A DNA stretch of 39,736 bases from Methanosarcinales archaeon (GCA_021159385.1 JAGGRW010000200.1:1-39736), one strand, 5' to 3'; shown: positions 9,380-19,873, counted from the stretch's first letter. Notes: generated from the letters alone by a model not told the origin. A program made the numbers and translations.

Positions 9380-10783
9380 TCATGCCTTCACAGCAAGCTG
9401 TTCTCCGACCATTGCGTCGATCAGTTCGAGAAATTCGTCTTTTGCACCCATAGGAATGGTCGCGCCGGCTGCGATGTTGTGTCCGCCGCCCATACCCTCG
9501 ACCTTCGCAGCGCACGCCTTCAGAGCGTCCGCAAGATTCAGCCCCTGCCTGATAAGCCCCTGCGTCCCGCGGGCTGAGACCTTGAGCCCGTCATCGCTCT
9601 CCGCGAACGCAAAGATCGGCATCTTCCGGTTTCTGGTGTTTGTGAGGCTCATTCCTGCAACGATGCCGACGATCGTGTCCTTGATCGAACTTCCCGCATC
9701 AAAGTACTGGATATGGTGGAGTTCCGTTATGCCTTCCTCTCTTACGAACTTCAACCCGTTCACAAGGTTTTTCCTGTGGTTTACAAGAAGCTCACGCGCT
9801 CTTGTGAGTTCCATCTCCCGATCTCCGATGCAAACGGCGAGACCGACATCAGCGAACCCGTATCGTGCGGTTGCATTGAGCAGGGTTGCGTATTCGGACG
9901 CGTCACGCATCTCGGTTCCTTCCTGCTCTCTTGCCAGCACATACACCTCTGTAATCAGTCTGTGGATGTTGTACGACGACATCTTCTTTGTGATGCAGTG
10001 CTGAACCAGCATCGATACGACCTTCTGCTTCTCGTCTTCGCTGAGATCGATCCACCGCTTCCACTGCTCGCCGCGGAAGTTGATGCCAGCCCGCTTCAAG
10101 AACTCGATGCTCGCGCTCTCGTTTCCTGTGATACCAGGGAGGTACGGATCAGAGGAATACTGCAACAAACGAAACACCTGACGCGTCTGTTTCCCAAATA
10201 GCGAGAGATCCTTCTTGTACTCGATAACTCCGCAATCCCTGCCGCGTTTCAGGATTTCCCGGTTGCATCCAACCAGCTTTCCGGACCTTCTTGCCTGCAG
10301 GTCGCCGACAGCGCCAACGATGGCAAGATCAGCGAGGTCAGCGTTCGTGCCAGCGTCCCTGCCGAGAGACTGCGCAACGATATACGCGCAGCCCGCGCCG
10401 CTCAACTCGGTCGATCCATCGATTCCGAAGAGGTGCGGGTTCAGGTGTCGCACCTGTAAATCGCAGCCAACGTCACGCTGATCGATCTGGTGGTGGTCAG
10501 CGATCACGATGTCTATTCCCGCCGGCATCTCGGAGAGCATCCCGCTGCCGAGATCTGTGAAGACGGTCGGGACATTCAGATCCGCGACCCGCTCGAGAGT
10601 ACCCCTGTCAAGTTGCTTGACAAAGGTTGTGCTGTGTTCGATTCCGGATCGTTCAAGCGCACGAGACATGATCGCAGCAGCGGTCAGTCCATCTGCGTCG
10701 ATGTGTGACACAATCCGCACCTCCGAATGCTTCTTGATCACTGCGGCGCAGGAGTCAGCCGTATCTTTCAGTGGTTGGTTCAT
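9380..10783 (-). CDS. recJ: Archaeal RecJ-like DHH/DHHA1 nuclease
   Basis: SHIDADG, TDLGSG, DHH, SARG and GGGHNIAAGA motifs. Confidence 0.88.
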   Translation of the reverse strand: MNQPLKDTADSCAAVIKKHSEVRIVSHIDADGLTAAAIMSRALERSGIEHSTTFVKQLDRGTLERVADLNVPTVFTDLGSGMLSEMPAGIDIVIADHHQIDQRDVGCDLQVRHLNPHLFGIDGSTELSGAGCAYIVAQSLGRDAGTNADLADLAIVGAVGDLQARRSGKLVGCNREILKRGRDCGVIEYKKDLSLFGKQTRQVFRLLQYSSDPYLPGITGNESASIEFLKRAGINFRGEQWKRWIDLSEDEKQKVVSMLVQHCITKKMSSYNIHRLITEVYVLAREQEGTEMRDASEYATLLNATARYGFADVGLAVCIGDREMELTRARELLVNHRKNLVNGLKFVREEGITELHHIQYFDAGSSIKDTIVGIVAGMSLTNTRNRKMPIFAFAESDDGLKVSARGTQGLIRQGLNLADALKACAAKVEGMGGGHNIAAGATIPMGAKDEFLELIDAMVGEQLAVKA

Positions 10784-10845
10784 GGTTGTCGGGTCGTTTT
10801 GTCAGGTCGTGTTTATCTGGGCGATTTTTTCATAACTATCAACCA

Positions 10846-12522
10846 TCACTCCAGTAATTCCCGGATCACACGTCCGTACGCAGGTCTTGCGATCAGAACG
10901 CCGATCAGAACGCCGATTATGGTTGTTATCGCGAAACCCTTGAGTGCGCCGAACCCCATCACAAGAAGTGGCGACATCGCGATGATCGTTGTTGCCGCAG
11001 CGGCAATGATTATTGCAAACGCCTTTCCGATGCGGGAGAGGTACACCTTCAGAGACGGCATCACACCCTCGTAGAGCACCTCGTCTGTGATTATCACCAG
11101 ATGGTCGATTCCGGTTCCGATGACTGCGATGACCCCGGCAATACTTGGCAGGTCGAGCTGCCATCCGACAAGCGATGCAAAACCGAGAATCATGAATACC
11201 TCGCTTACCGATGTTGCGATCATCGGGAGGATGATCTTCTTCTGGCGATACCGGAGGAATATCACGAGAGCGACGGTTATCAGTGCAAAGAGTCCCGCGA
11301 TTACGGTCTGTTCCTTGAACTGGGCTCCGAGTGCTGCCGGTACCTGACCGGATCCGACAACAGAGACCTCGACAGGGAGCGCGCCTGCACGCAGATGCAC
11401 CTGAAGCTGCACCGCCTTCATCCGCCCCTCTTCGCCGCCGCCTGTGGTCGCAACAAGCCCGTATGAGGGCACGTTCTCGTCTTTCTCGTATAACGCCCTC
11501 AAATTGTCTGCAAGCTCATAAGCGATCGGCGCAGAGTATATCTCTTTATCGTCGAGGAGCATGACCAGTTCGTGTGCCGCTGGGTCATCGACTGCGCCGG
11601 ATTCGACTGCTGCGTCCCTTATCGCATTAGCACCGACGCCGTCCACCGTAAAGCCAATTCCCCATCCGCCGTCTCGCTCCCTTGGTATGTCCACTGCGGT
11701 GATGTGCTCGCCCCATACGACATGTTCTGTCGTGTTGTTGTCCGTCGTGTAGATGCGGATCTCGAACTTTCCTGGTGTTGCAACGATCTCCTGCGCGGTA
11801 TTGAGGTCGATTCCGGCAAGATCGATCAGAAGGATGTTATTCTCAACAGGGGTGATCGGAATCTCCTTTAGCCCGAATATATTCAGTTTCTCGTTTAAGA
11901 TGGCTTTCGTCATCTCCTGCGTCTTCTTTGTCACTTCCTCTTTGAAGACGGGTTTGCCTTTGATGTCCTTTGCAATCGATCCGCCGACTGGAGAGAGCGC
12001 ATCTACAAGCTCGCTTTTGCTGATTGTGGAGCGGATCTCGTACAGATCATACCCGTCGTTGCCGAGGTAGATCACCTCGCAGTTCAGATGTTTTGAAAGG
12101 TACGTCCGAATCGCATATTCCCGGCTTGTTGTGAGCGTAATCTCGTCATCCCTGACGAACGCACTGCCATATCCTATCGCCTCGATCTCCTCCTTCGTCG
12201 GGGTCTCTTCCGCCTCCACATCCGTTCCTGCTCCAACAATTTTGAACATGATATCGGATTCTGACTGGTCGAGGATCTCGACCTCTCCGAACGCGTCAGA
12301 GAACTCTTTTCTGACGATCTCGGACGGATCAGCATCAATTCCAGCGATCACGCCCTCCAGCCGGAGTTGCAGCCGTGACCCCCCCTCAAGATCGAGTCCG
12401 TATTGCAAGCGTGACGAAAAACCACCATCAGTATCGTAACTCGGGTAAATCGCGACGAGAGCTGCCAACATGAAGAAGACGAAGACTATGATCCTGATAT
12501 CCTTGTACAGTTTGGTACTCAT
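10846..12522 (-). CDS. secD: Protein translocase subunit SecD
   Basis: GLDLEGGS, LRAGALPV, LDLPSIAG.IAVIGTGID and LKGFA motifs. Confidence 0.96.
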   Translation of the reverse strand: MSTKLYKDIRIIVFVFFMLAALVAIYPSYDTDGGFSSRLQYGLDLEGGSRLQLRLEGVIAGIDADPSEIVRKEFSDAFGEVEILDQSESDIMFKIVGAGTDVEAEETPTKEEIEAIGYGSAFVRDDEITLTTSREYAIRTYLSKHLNCEVIYLGNDGYDLYEIRSTISKSELVDALSPVGGSIAKDIKGKPVFKEEVTKKTQEMTKAILNEKLNIFGLKEIPITPVENNILLIDLAGIDLNTAQEIVATPGKFEIRIYTTDNNTTEHVVWGEHITAVDIPRERDGGWGIGFTVDGVGANAIRDAAVESGAVDDPAAHELVMLLDDKEIYSAPIAYELADNLRALYEKDENVPSYGLVATTGGGEEGRMKAVQLQVHLRAGALPVEVSVVGSGQVPAALGAQFKEQTVIAGLFALITVALVIFLRYRQKKIILPMIATSVSEVFMILGFASLVGWQLDLPSIAGVIAVIGTGIDHLVIITDEVLYEGVMPSLKVYLSRIGKAFAIIIAAAATTIIAMSPLLVMGFGALKGFAITTIIGVLIGVLIARPAYGRVIRELLE

Positions 12523-13430
12523 CTTTTATTCCTCCTCGTCTTCGGCTTCTGAAGATACCATTTCAAAATCCCGGTATTTAGCATCCACGTATTCATCAGA
12601 TCGGCGACGAGACCGAATATCAGGACGATTGCGATATCGGAGATGATGCTGATCTGCGGAAACGTTGGTACGATGAGGTAGGAGTATGTTGCGACAAGGT
12701 ACATAACTGTAATCGCGGCGAGCGTTGTGCCGGTCATCGTCATACCGGTCGTCATCGCGCCCCTGATCTTATCATCGAGATTGCCACGTCGTTTGAGAAG
12801 CCTTGTCGTCAGTAGAATGTCGCTGTCCACCGAATACCCGATCAGCATGAGAAGCGCTGCAACTGTTCCGAGCGATAATTCGATTCCGGTAATGGCTATG
12901 AATGCGGCAGCAATCACTATGTCTGAGAATGCGGATAGCACAACCGCAACCGACGGGACGAATGTTCGGAAGATCAAAAAGATTATCGCAGCCATCAGGA
13001 CGAACGATATCAGTATCGCTTTTACTGCCTGTTTCTGTAACGACGCCCCGTAGACTGCGCCCATCTGCTTGATCTCGGGAGTCGCATAACCGTAATCGCT
13101 ATTGACCTCTGTAACAAGCGCCCTCTTCTCATCCTCACTCATCGGACCGAACTTGATCATCCTGCGATTGCCAGAATCCAGCAGATCGATCACAGGATAC
13201 TCGGAGAACGCAGCCGCCAGAACCTCGTACGAGTCATCGGTAGCAAGCGTGATCATCGTCCCGCCCTCAAACTCGAATCCGAGACGCACAGGCGAGCCAG
13301 TGCTGACAAACATCCCGCCGAGCACAACCAGTGCGATTGCAAGCACGACAAGTGGTGGAACGACCAGTTGTTCCGGTCTGTGGGCTCTGATGTACCTGTC
13401 GAGCGCTGATACCAGATTTAGTGTGCTCAT
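12519..13430 (-). CDS. secF: Protein translocase subunit SecF
   Basis: LGFEFEGGT and AALLMLIGYSVDSDILLT motifs; 4-nt overlap with secD. Confidence 0.96.
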   Translation of the reverse strand: MSTLNLVSALDRYIRAHRPEQLVVPPLVVLAIALVVLGGMFVSTGSPVRLGFEFEGGTMITLATDDSYEVLAAAFSEYPVIDLLDSGNRRMIKFGPMSEDEKRALVTEVNSDYGYATPEIKQMGAVYGASLQKQAVKAILISFVLMAAIIFLIFRTFVPSVAVVLSAFSDIVIAAAFIAITGIELSLGTVAALLMLIGYSVDSDILLTTRLLKRRGNLDDKIRGAMTTGMTMTGTTLAAITVMYLVATYSYLIVPTFPQISIISDIAIVLIFGLVADLMNTWMLNTGILKWYLQKPKTRRNKR

Positions 13431-14287
13431 CGATCCCTCCTGATTCCATCAGCGATCAGATTCGCAACGCTCACCACGCCAACGCTCCTGTCGAGCGTGT
13501 CAGTCGCAACAATATCCTCGATTCCCGATGCAAAGAGGCGCAGCGCAGCATTGCGTGCGAGTACCGGGTGAATACATGCGGAAAAGACCCTGTTCGCACC
13601 GTTTTCGCGCAGCACCTGCGCAGCCTCTGTGATCGTACCTCCGGTCGAGATCATATCGTCCATCAGGACGACATCTCGTCCGGAAACGTCCATCTTCTTT
13701 CTTTTTATCAATACATCCTCTCCACTCAATCGTGTTTTTTCCAGATGATCAAAATCAACTCCGAGATGCTCGGATGCGGATCGCACGAGATCGATTGCGC
13801 CCTCATCCGGTGCAACGATCATGGGGTGCGTTAGTCCCATTGCAGCTATCCGCTCGCCGACAACAGGCGCAGCATCGAGATCGGTCGCCTCCGCATCAAA
13901 GTGTGAAAGCACATTCCGGTTGTGAATGTTTATTGTAAAGACGCGATCTGCTGTTATCGCACCAGCGAGCGCACGGGAACTCACAGCTTCTCCGTCCAGA
14001 AACCGCCGATCCTGCCGTGCATATCCAAAATACGGGATTACGACATCGATCTTTTCTGCCCGGTCACATGCATCGATCAGTTGCAGAAGCGAGATATAAT
14101 CAGAGTCGGTCGGCGTTGACTGGATGATAACAGAATGAGCACCCACATCAGGCACGCGAAGGTACTGCTCGCCATCAGGAAACCTGAAAAAATCGACATC
14201 TGCAAGACGAGATCCCAGCGCACGCGCAACCCTTCCTGCCAGTGCCTGCGAGGACGGTCCTGATATGATGCTTATTGCTGCCAACAT
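13427..14287 (-). CDS. prs: Ribose-phosphate pyrophosphokinase
   Basis: FPDGE, PYFGYARQDR, APDEGA and DDMISTGGT motifs. Confidence 0.96.
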   Translation of the reverse strand: MLAAISIISGPSSQALAGRVARALGSRLADVDFFRFPDGEQYLRVPDVGAHSVIIQSTPTDSDYISLLQLIDACDRAEKIDVVIPYFGYARQDRRFLDGEAVSSRALAGAITADRVFTINIHNRNVLSHFDAEATDLDAAPVVGERIAAMGLTHPMIVAPDEGAIDLVRSASEHLGVDFDHLEKTRLSGEDVLIKRKKMDVSGRDVVLMDDMISTGGTITEAAQVLRENGANRVFSACIHPVLARNAALRLFASGIEDIVATDTLDRSVGVVSVANLIADGIRRDR

Positions 14288-14404
14288 GTCGTATTCTTAT
14301 GATCGTTCTGTCTGATCCAACTAATACCTTTCGATTGCGGTGGCGGTAACAACAGTCGTTGGGTTCGCGGGTTTTGCCCAAACCCGGCAGAGAACGGAAC
14401 GCGT

Positions 14405-14610
14405 CACCTGCGCCGGTCCCGAAACCCGGACATCGGGATTCTGGTGTCTGGCGATCCCGCGCGTCTTCTCGATCCTGGCACTGGTTGGAAGCCCATGGCA
14501 GTCCCAGCCCTGTGGGAACATCGCGTTGTGCCCCCGCATCCGCTTGTATCTTGCCACAAAGTCGATGCAACGTCAGTTAAGCGAGTTTCCGATGTGCAGA
14601 TTGTTCGTCG
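14405..14610 (-). pseudogene. valS: Valyl-tRNA synthetase fragment (HIGH region)
   Basis: Translates [39 protein letters not shown]. TGA at 14573-14575 replaces the expected Trp; frameshift downstream. Confidence 0.85.
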
Positions 14611-14629
14611 TCTGATACTCAAGGAAACT

Positions 14630-14770
14630 AGGTATCCACTTCAAAAAGCATGGCAAAACTCATCTTCAGTCTTTCTGAAAATATACGAAAAAACATCAAT
14701 CTGTGTTCATCCATGTTAATCAGTGGCTAAAAGTCATATCAGCCACAGATTAACACTGATTTCACGGATT
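14630..14770 (+). repeat. Dispersed MITE/REP-like repeat, copy 1
   Basis: AGGTATCCACTTCAAAAAG...GTGGCTAAAAGTCATATCAGCCAC matches the reverse complement of 32726-32852. Confidence 0.8.
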
Positions 14771-14867
14771 TCACTAATCCAATCGTACCAATGTTTGCAG
14801 GATCGACATCATGTTTTCAACCGACCAGAAAAATTAAAAAGACTCCGAATTCTCGACATCGATTGAC

Positions 14868-15242
14868 TCATGCTGCACGATGTACGCCCGGTTCACGTCC
14901 CTGTACTCGATTGTGAGCGGACGGAATCGACCCATCGTCGAGTTCAACCGAAAGTTCGAAACTGCCGAAATCATCTGCTTCCAGTTCTCCGATGAAGTAT
15001 TCCGGGTACGGCTGCCTCGGGGTCACGCCATCGGCAGCATCGATCGAGACGACCACACCCGAAAGATCGGTTGCGCCGTTAAAGAGGGCGATCGTAACAG
15101 TTCCGGTGTCACCGGGCATAAGCGTTGCCGGATCCACCGTGCAGTCCACCACAATCGTGGGCGCAATCTCGGTGTCTGCATGAACCGTTGGAACAACGAA
15201 TACGCTCAGAACGATGGATAGTAATATCAGTGTTTTATTCAT
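14868..15242 (-). pseudogene. Truncated COG1361-type S-layer/surface protein
   Basis: Signal peptide, VDPATLMPGDTGTVTI and YFIGELEADDF motifs, but only ~124 aa, implying internal deletion and truncation. Confidence 0.65.
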
Positions 15243-15852
15243 ATTCCACTTGTATATAGGTATATCATGGCTATGCCCCACAGCAGACAAAATACCGCAG
15301 GTATGCCAAGCACCGTGATAATTGCGTATTTCGTCGATAGATTGCGTGCATGCTTGATCCCAAATATCCATATATTCGCGCTCCACAACAAGAGAAGGAT
15401 TTGGATGATGGTTGCTGCCAGCGTCAATGGATGCATGGGTGGGGAGTGCCAGGCGAGAACTCGATGGTTGGGCGCACAGCCAGGGTTGCAGCAACTCCTA
15501 TGACTGTTGCAATGATCATTGGGATGAAACCATATCCAACGAACTCAAACACCCGTTTGAACGACCCCGTTCCGTTGAACAGCATCGAGATGGCATAGAA
15601 TACTCCGGCATACAGTAGCCATCCGATGAACGGCATAATAAGCCCCATGATGGCGCCGATTACTGCAAAGATGCTTGCAATCACCACCGCCTCTATCGGG
15701 AAAGAGGACACTATTGCACTCATGGTTATCACACTGGAGATAGCTCCAACGATGGCTGCAACGAGCACGATTACGAATGACGTCATCAGTTTTGTGTCTT
15801 TTGCGGATAGTTCGGCAAAGAACTGATCCGGGTTTGTCAGAACATTTGTCAT
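15239..15852 (-). pseudogene. Yip1 family membrane protein, frameshifted
   Basis: VLTNPDQFF...GSFKRVFEFVGYGFIP is in one frame and LWSANIWIFGIKHARNLS in another; break near 15440. Confidence 0.75.
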
Positions 15853-15910
15853 ATTAGATCACCTCATGAATGGATATTCTTCTTTTTGGTATATAGATTT
15901 CTGTTCATAG

Positions 15911-16144
15911 TTACGATTCCTCGATGTCTGATTGATTCTGGTTCTGTGAATGCTCATAGTGGATGAACAGCTCCTCGATCGTCACGCCAAAGAAGTCCGC
16001 GAGTTTGAATGCAAGCTCAAGCGATGGGTTGTACCGCTGCTTCTCGATTGCATTGATGGTCTGGCGGGTGACCCCAAGTTTCTCTGCCAGATCCTCCTGT
16101 GTCAGGTCGTGCATCGCCCGAAAGACCTTGAGCCTGTTCTTCAT
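15911..16144 (-). CDS. XRE-family HTH repressor (TRQT recognition helix)
   Basis: MKNRLKVFRAMHDLTQEDLAEKLGVTRQTINAIEKQRYNPSLELAFKLA. Confidence 0.95.
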   Translation of the reverse strand: MKNRLKVFRAMHDLTQEDLAEKLGVTRQTINAIEKQRYNPSLELAFKLADFFGVTIEELFIHYEHSQNQNQSDIEES

Positions 16145-16150
16145 CGGAAT

Positions 16151-16549
16151 CTACATCCTCCATCTATAGCATGCATAGAACCCAAGATAGCAGTACAGCA
16201 TCAAAATTGCCAGAGCCCCGAGCCAATCACCGGCTGCCTCTCCACTCATCGCCCCGATGAATGGATGAACAAAGCGGTTCAACATGTAGAGTGCCAGCAG
16301 CCCGATCACAAATACGCTGAATGCGGCACTCGCTGCCCTTCTGCTAATCTCCAGTGTCCGTTCGTCGTGTGTTATGACTCTGTACCTCTGTCTCGCGCTG
16401 ATCAGTATGATTATCCCGATGCCAACACCGATCGCTCCGATGATTGCATTTGATGTGAGCACTCCTGCGAGCACGCTGGCGACTGCGATGACGTGTGCTG
16501 CCACACGCCAGATCGTAAACATCTTCTCATTGTTTGTGTTATCAGACAT
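16151..16549 (-). CDS. DUF2178-like membrane protein
   Basis: 2 TM, DERTLEISRRAASAAF, 2 TM; lies upstream of an XRE HTH. Confidence 0.8.
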   Translation of the reverse strand: MSDNTNNEKMFTIWRVAAHVIAVASVLAGVLTSNAIIGAIGVGIGIIILISARQRYRVITHDERTLEISRRAASAAFSVFVIGLLALYMLNRFVHPFIGAMSGEAAGDWLGALAILMLYCYLGFYACYRWRM

Positions 16550-16571
16550 TTTGTATTGCCTCCATGTCCTT

Positions 16572-16591
16572 ATGTAAAGTATTAGTTACAT
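16572..16591. promoter_or_regulatory. Putative XRE operator ATGTAA-N8-TTACAT
   Basis: Palindrome between a TATA-like TTTATGTA (minus strand, ~16596-16603) and the ATG at 16549. Confidence 0.7.
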
Positions 16592-16742
16592 TTAGTACAT
16601 AAAGCTTTCTACCAACCCCGGTGAACAGGTGAGTATCAACGATATCATCGTCTGCACGTTCCTGCAGATGCTCTTCGACCGCAGACACCATGATCGGCAG
16701 GATCTTTGTTGCGCTGACGATGGAACTTGAGAGTCAGTTCTG

Positions 16743-17915
16743 TCATCCCTTCAGATACCCCGGAATGTCCCTTATCCGGATCTTCTTCCCCGACATCAGA
16801 ATCGCGTTCCTGAATATTCTTGCCGAGAGTTTGATCACCACGAGGACCGAGATTGTGAGTATCAGGAGGCTTGCTGCGATCTCATAGACCGAAATACCTG
16901 TTAGCGTGATTCGCATCAGTGTTGTTGCGGGTGCCGTGTAGGGTATGTATGTCAGAACCCTTGCGACGGTCGAATCCGGTGCGGCGATGATTACACCGAG
17001 CAACATTATTGGCAAAATCCCCATCATCGTGAATACCATCGCGCCCTGCTGCGCGTCTTTCATGGTGCTTGCTGGCGCCGCAACACATGCCATCGATCCT
17101 GCGAAGAGGAGATAACCCAGGATAAAATATGGGATTGCAAGAATCATTATCTGGGAGATCTGAATCTCCTGAAATACTGCTGCTAACGATGTTAACGAGA
17201 TCATTAGCGTCCCCGAACAGATCCAGACACAGATTTGCAGGAGTCCGGCAGAGCCAAACCCAATAAGCTTCCCTGTGAGAAGTTCTTCAGGAGAAAGTGA
17301 GGAAAGCAGGATCTCGACCGTCTTATTCTCCTTTTCCGCAACGATTCCCTGCATCAGATACCCCGAGGTTGTCATTATCGAGAGCATCATCAGAATTGCG
17401 ACCGCATAAGGTATCAAAAACCGGACCTCCTGCTTTTCTTCAACCTCTCCCTCTTCGTTTAAGGTGATCCGCTCCATATCTGCCGGGCGTCTGATCCGGT
17501 CACCCAGTGGTTCGTCCACATCCAAGTCGCGCAGAAGGTTGTCGATTATGAACGCCTCAATCAAACCGGTCGGGGCTGAACTGAAGAATCCGCCTGTGCT
17601 ATACAGGACAACTCTTCCGGTTTCAAGATAATCCGGGGGGATTGTGATAAATGAGTTTATCTCGTCATTCAAGAGCGCATGCTCTGCATCCCCGATATCT
17701 TCAAACCGGGTGAAGATTCCATCCGGCTGCATGATCCCGGTCTCGTCCACAAAACCGATGTTTCGCGGGGAATCGGTGGCTATCTGCATGACGTAGCCTG
17801 ACGTGAACATCACCGGCAGGAGGATTACGAGCGGCAGGATCAGAGTCAGGATGAAGCCCTTCGTCTTAACAGTCGCCAGAAACTCGTGCTTTGCGACGAC
17901 GAGTGTTTTACGCAA
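16743..17915 (-). CDS. ABC-2 type exporter permease (NatB-like)
   Basis: VAKHEF, IVAEKENKTVEILLSS and LLTGKLIG motifs; multi-TM. Confidence 0.92.
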   Translation of the reverse strand: MRKTLVVAKHEFLATVKTKGFILTLILPLVILLPVMFTSGYVMQIATDSPRNIGFVDETGIMQPDGIFTRFEDIGDAEHALLNDEINSFITIPPDYLETGRVVLYSTGGFFSSAPTGLIEAFIIDNLLRDLDVDEPLGDRIRRPADMERITLNEEGEVEEKQEVRFLIPYAVAILMMLSIMTTSGYLMQGIVAEKENKTVEILLSSLSPEELLTGKLIGFGSAGLLQICVWICSGTLMISLTSLAAVFQEIQISQIMILAIPYFILGYLLFAGSMACVAAPASTMKDAQQGAMVFTMMGILPIMLLGVIIAAPDSTVARVLTYIPYTAPATTLMRITLTGISVYEIAASLLILTISVLVVIKLSARIFRNAILMSGKKIRIRDIPGYLKG

Positions 17916-18891
17916 CGCTAACCACCTCGATAAAGATCTCGTTCAACGACGGCGATTTCATCTCAAATCTTCTCAGTTTTACGGATTCCATCAGATTCTT
18001 GAGAACATCCTGCGGGTCAGTTCCTACCCCTATGTCCAGTTCAGCGTATCTTCCATAATCTTCCATCCCTGTTACGCCGTCGATCGGTTTCAGGTCTCCC
18101 TCGTACTCCACAACCATGACCGGTGATTCCCTGTAATCGGCTTTTATCTGATCGAGTGTGCCGTAGAGCACTTTCTTGCCATGGTTGATCATCAGAATCC
18201 GGTCGCACATCCGCTCTGCCTGATCCATCTGGTGCGTGCTCAGTATGATCGTCTTCCCATCGCGCTTCAGATCGAGCATGATGTCCTTCACAATCTTCGT
18301 ATTGACCGGATCGAGTCCGGAGAAGGGCTCATCCAGAATCAGGATGTCCGGGTCATGAATGAACGCGGAAGCGAGCTGGATCTTCTGTTGCATCCCCTTG
18401 CTCAGGTCACTCACCCGCCTCTTTTTGTGATCGATGAGGTCGACCTTCTCCAGCCAGAAATCGATCCGGTCATCGGGTTTTTTGACGTTTTTGAGGTTTG
18501 CAAAGTACTTCAGGCATTCAAAAACCGTTATTTTCTGGTAAAGCCCCCTCTCCTCCGGAAGATAACCAATCCTCTCCTTAAAAGCCTCATCAAACGCTTT
18601 TCCAAACATTTTAACAGACCCATGATCGGATTTGATGATGTCAAGGATTATTCGTATCATCGTGGTCTTTCCCGCTCCGTTCGGTCCGAGTAATCCGAAT
18701 ATCTCCCCGCTTTCGATATGAAAACTGAGATCATCAAGGATCGTCTTCGTGCCGAAGCTCTTTGTCAGGTGTAGAACATCCAGAACCGGCTCATCTGTTT
18801 CATCCGTTTTTTCCACCTGCGCACCCGCGATTACAGCCGCTGCTGTTTGCCAGATCGTAAATAGTCTCTTGTTCTTTGTGTTATCAGACAT
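17908..18891 (-). CDS. ABC exporter ATP-binding subunit (NatA-like)
   Basis: GPNGAGKTT, LSKGMQQK, LILDEPFSGLD and STH motifs. The N-terminal ~22 aa resemble the DUF2178 protein at 16549. Confidence 0.93.
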   Translation of the reverse strand: MSDNTKNKRLFTIWQTAAAVIAGAQVEKTDETDEPVLDVLHLTKSFGTKTILDDLSFHIESGEIFGLLGPNGAGKTTMIRIILDIIKSDHGSVKMFGKAFDEAFKERIGYLPEERGLYQKITVFECLKYFANLKNVKKPDDRIDFWLEKVDLIDHKKRRVSDLSKGMQQKIQLASAFIHDPDILILDEPFSGLDPVNTKIVKDIMLDLKRDGKTIILSTHQMDQAERMCDRILMINHGKKVLYGTLDQIKADYRESPVMVVEYEGDLKPIDGVTGMEDYGRYAELDIGVGTDPQDVLKNLMESVKLRRFEMKSPSLNEIFIEVVSVA

Positions 18892-18919
18892 TTTGTAATG
18901 TCTCCCTGTCGTTATAAAT

Positions 18920-18937
18920 TGTAATGTACGTTTTACA
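18920..18937. promoter_or_regulatory. Putative XRE operator TGTAA-N8-TTACA
   Basis: Same palindrome as 16572-16591, upstream of the ABC genes. Confidence 0.65.
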
Positions 18938-18950
18938 TGAAGTGGATGCG

Positions 18951-19148
18951 TCAATCATCATCGAAAATAAACAGCTCCTCAATCGTCGTCTCCAGAACCT
19001 TTGCGACATCGTGAGCCAGCTTGAGCGACGGATTGTACTTCCCCTTCTCGAGAAACACAATCGTCTCCCTTCTCACCCCGACCTTCTTTGCAAGCTCCTC
19101 CTGCGTCAGGTTGTATCGTGCCCGCAGTTCCTTGATTCTGGTATTCAC
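18951..19148 (-). CDS. XRE-family HTH repressor (RRET recognition helix)
   Basis: GTG start overlaps the upstream stop; [39 protein letters not shown]. Confidence 0.93.
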   Translation of the reverse strand: MNTRIKELRARYNLTQEELAKKVGVRRETIVFLEKGKYNPSLKLAHDVAKVLETTIEELFIFDDD

Positions 19149-19549
19149 CGGGCGTCGCCCCTCCGGTTGTAGTACCACCTGAGCATGATCCACGACCAGA
19201 TCCCGACAATGAAGAGATCGGGCACAACATCCTTAAAATTGAAGTTTAGTCCCCAGATACAACCTATTGCTTGAAGAAGAGCCATCATAAGAAGAAGGCT
19301 GCAGAACGCATGATAACCCGCCTTCTCCTCGACCTTCGCCGACCGTTCGTCCTGTATCAGGTACTCTTCTGGTGTTATTGCTGCAACGACGATTGCGACG
19401 ATTGCGACGATCCCCATAAGGAGCAGGGCAAAACCAATTCCGAAATATGAGTAATCTGGGGTAAAACCCAGCATGATGCCGCAGGCGATGATCAGGAGAA
19501 GAGCGCCGCTTGATAACCGCAAGATATCTCTATCTTTTCTGAATTTCAT
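19145..19549 (-). CDS. DUF2178-like membrane protein (array member I)
   Basis: [11 protein letters not shown]...[19 protein letters not shown]...WYYNRRGD. Confidence 0.85.
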   Translation of the reverse strand: MKFRKDRDILRLSSGALLLIIACGIMLGFTPDYSYFGIGFALLLMGIVAIVAIVVAAITPEEYLIQDERSAKVEEKAGYHAFCSLLLMMALLQAIGCIWGLNFNFKDVVPDLFIVGIWSWIMLRWYYNRRGDAR

Positions 19550-19869
19550 CAAACCACGTCCCCCTTCCTGCTGTAGTAAAAATGCGCAACCAGAAAACTC
19601 CCGATCATCACTCCGGAAACAGCGGCGATAACCAGACGGGCAGTCAACAGTTCCGGTCTGAATATGCACACAAACGCCAGAGTCCCAACAGTCACAAATG
19701 TAAGAACCCATGACCTGCTCAACGATTGCCTCGTAATCCTGTCGGTCCGCTCGTCAAACTCGATCTCGTCTACGTGCTTATACCCCCGCCGCAGCCTGCG
19801 GACCGTTTCATAGAGCACCACGATCACCACGAAATACAGATACCAGATCCGGAAATCGCCTTCCTGCAT
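19549..19869 (-). CDS. Divergent, shorter DUF2178-like membrane protein (array member H)
   Basis: DERTDRITRQSLSRSW...FYYSRKGD. Confidence 0.75.
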   Translation of the reverse strand: MQEGDFRIWYLYFVVIVVLYETVRRLRRGYKHVDEIEFDERTDRITRQSLSRSWVLTFVTVGTLAFVCIFRPELLTARLVIAAVSGVMIGSFLVAHFYYSRKGDVV

Positions 19870-19873
19870 ATTA

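Noticed and set aside
8720-9577. Long antisense or alternate-frame ORFs (e.g. 8720-9577, 25471-26187, 31537-32247, 31870-32628)
   Set aside because: They are shadows of well-supported genes and carry no motifs of their own.
14573-14575. In-frame TGA as selenocysteine or recoded Trp
   Set aside because: It lies in a truncated, frameshifted valS fragment, and TGA is a normal stop elsewhere in the window.
16629-16720. VSINDIIVCTFLQMLF, resembling a condensation-domain fragment
   Set aside because: Too short to support from motif memory alone.
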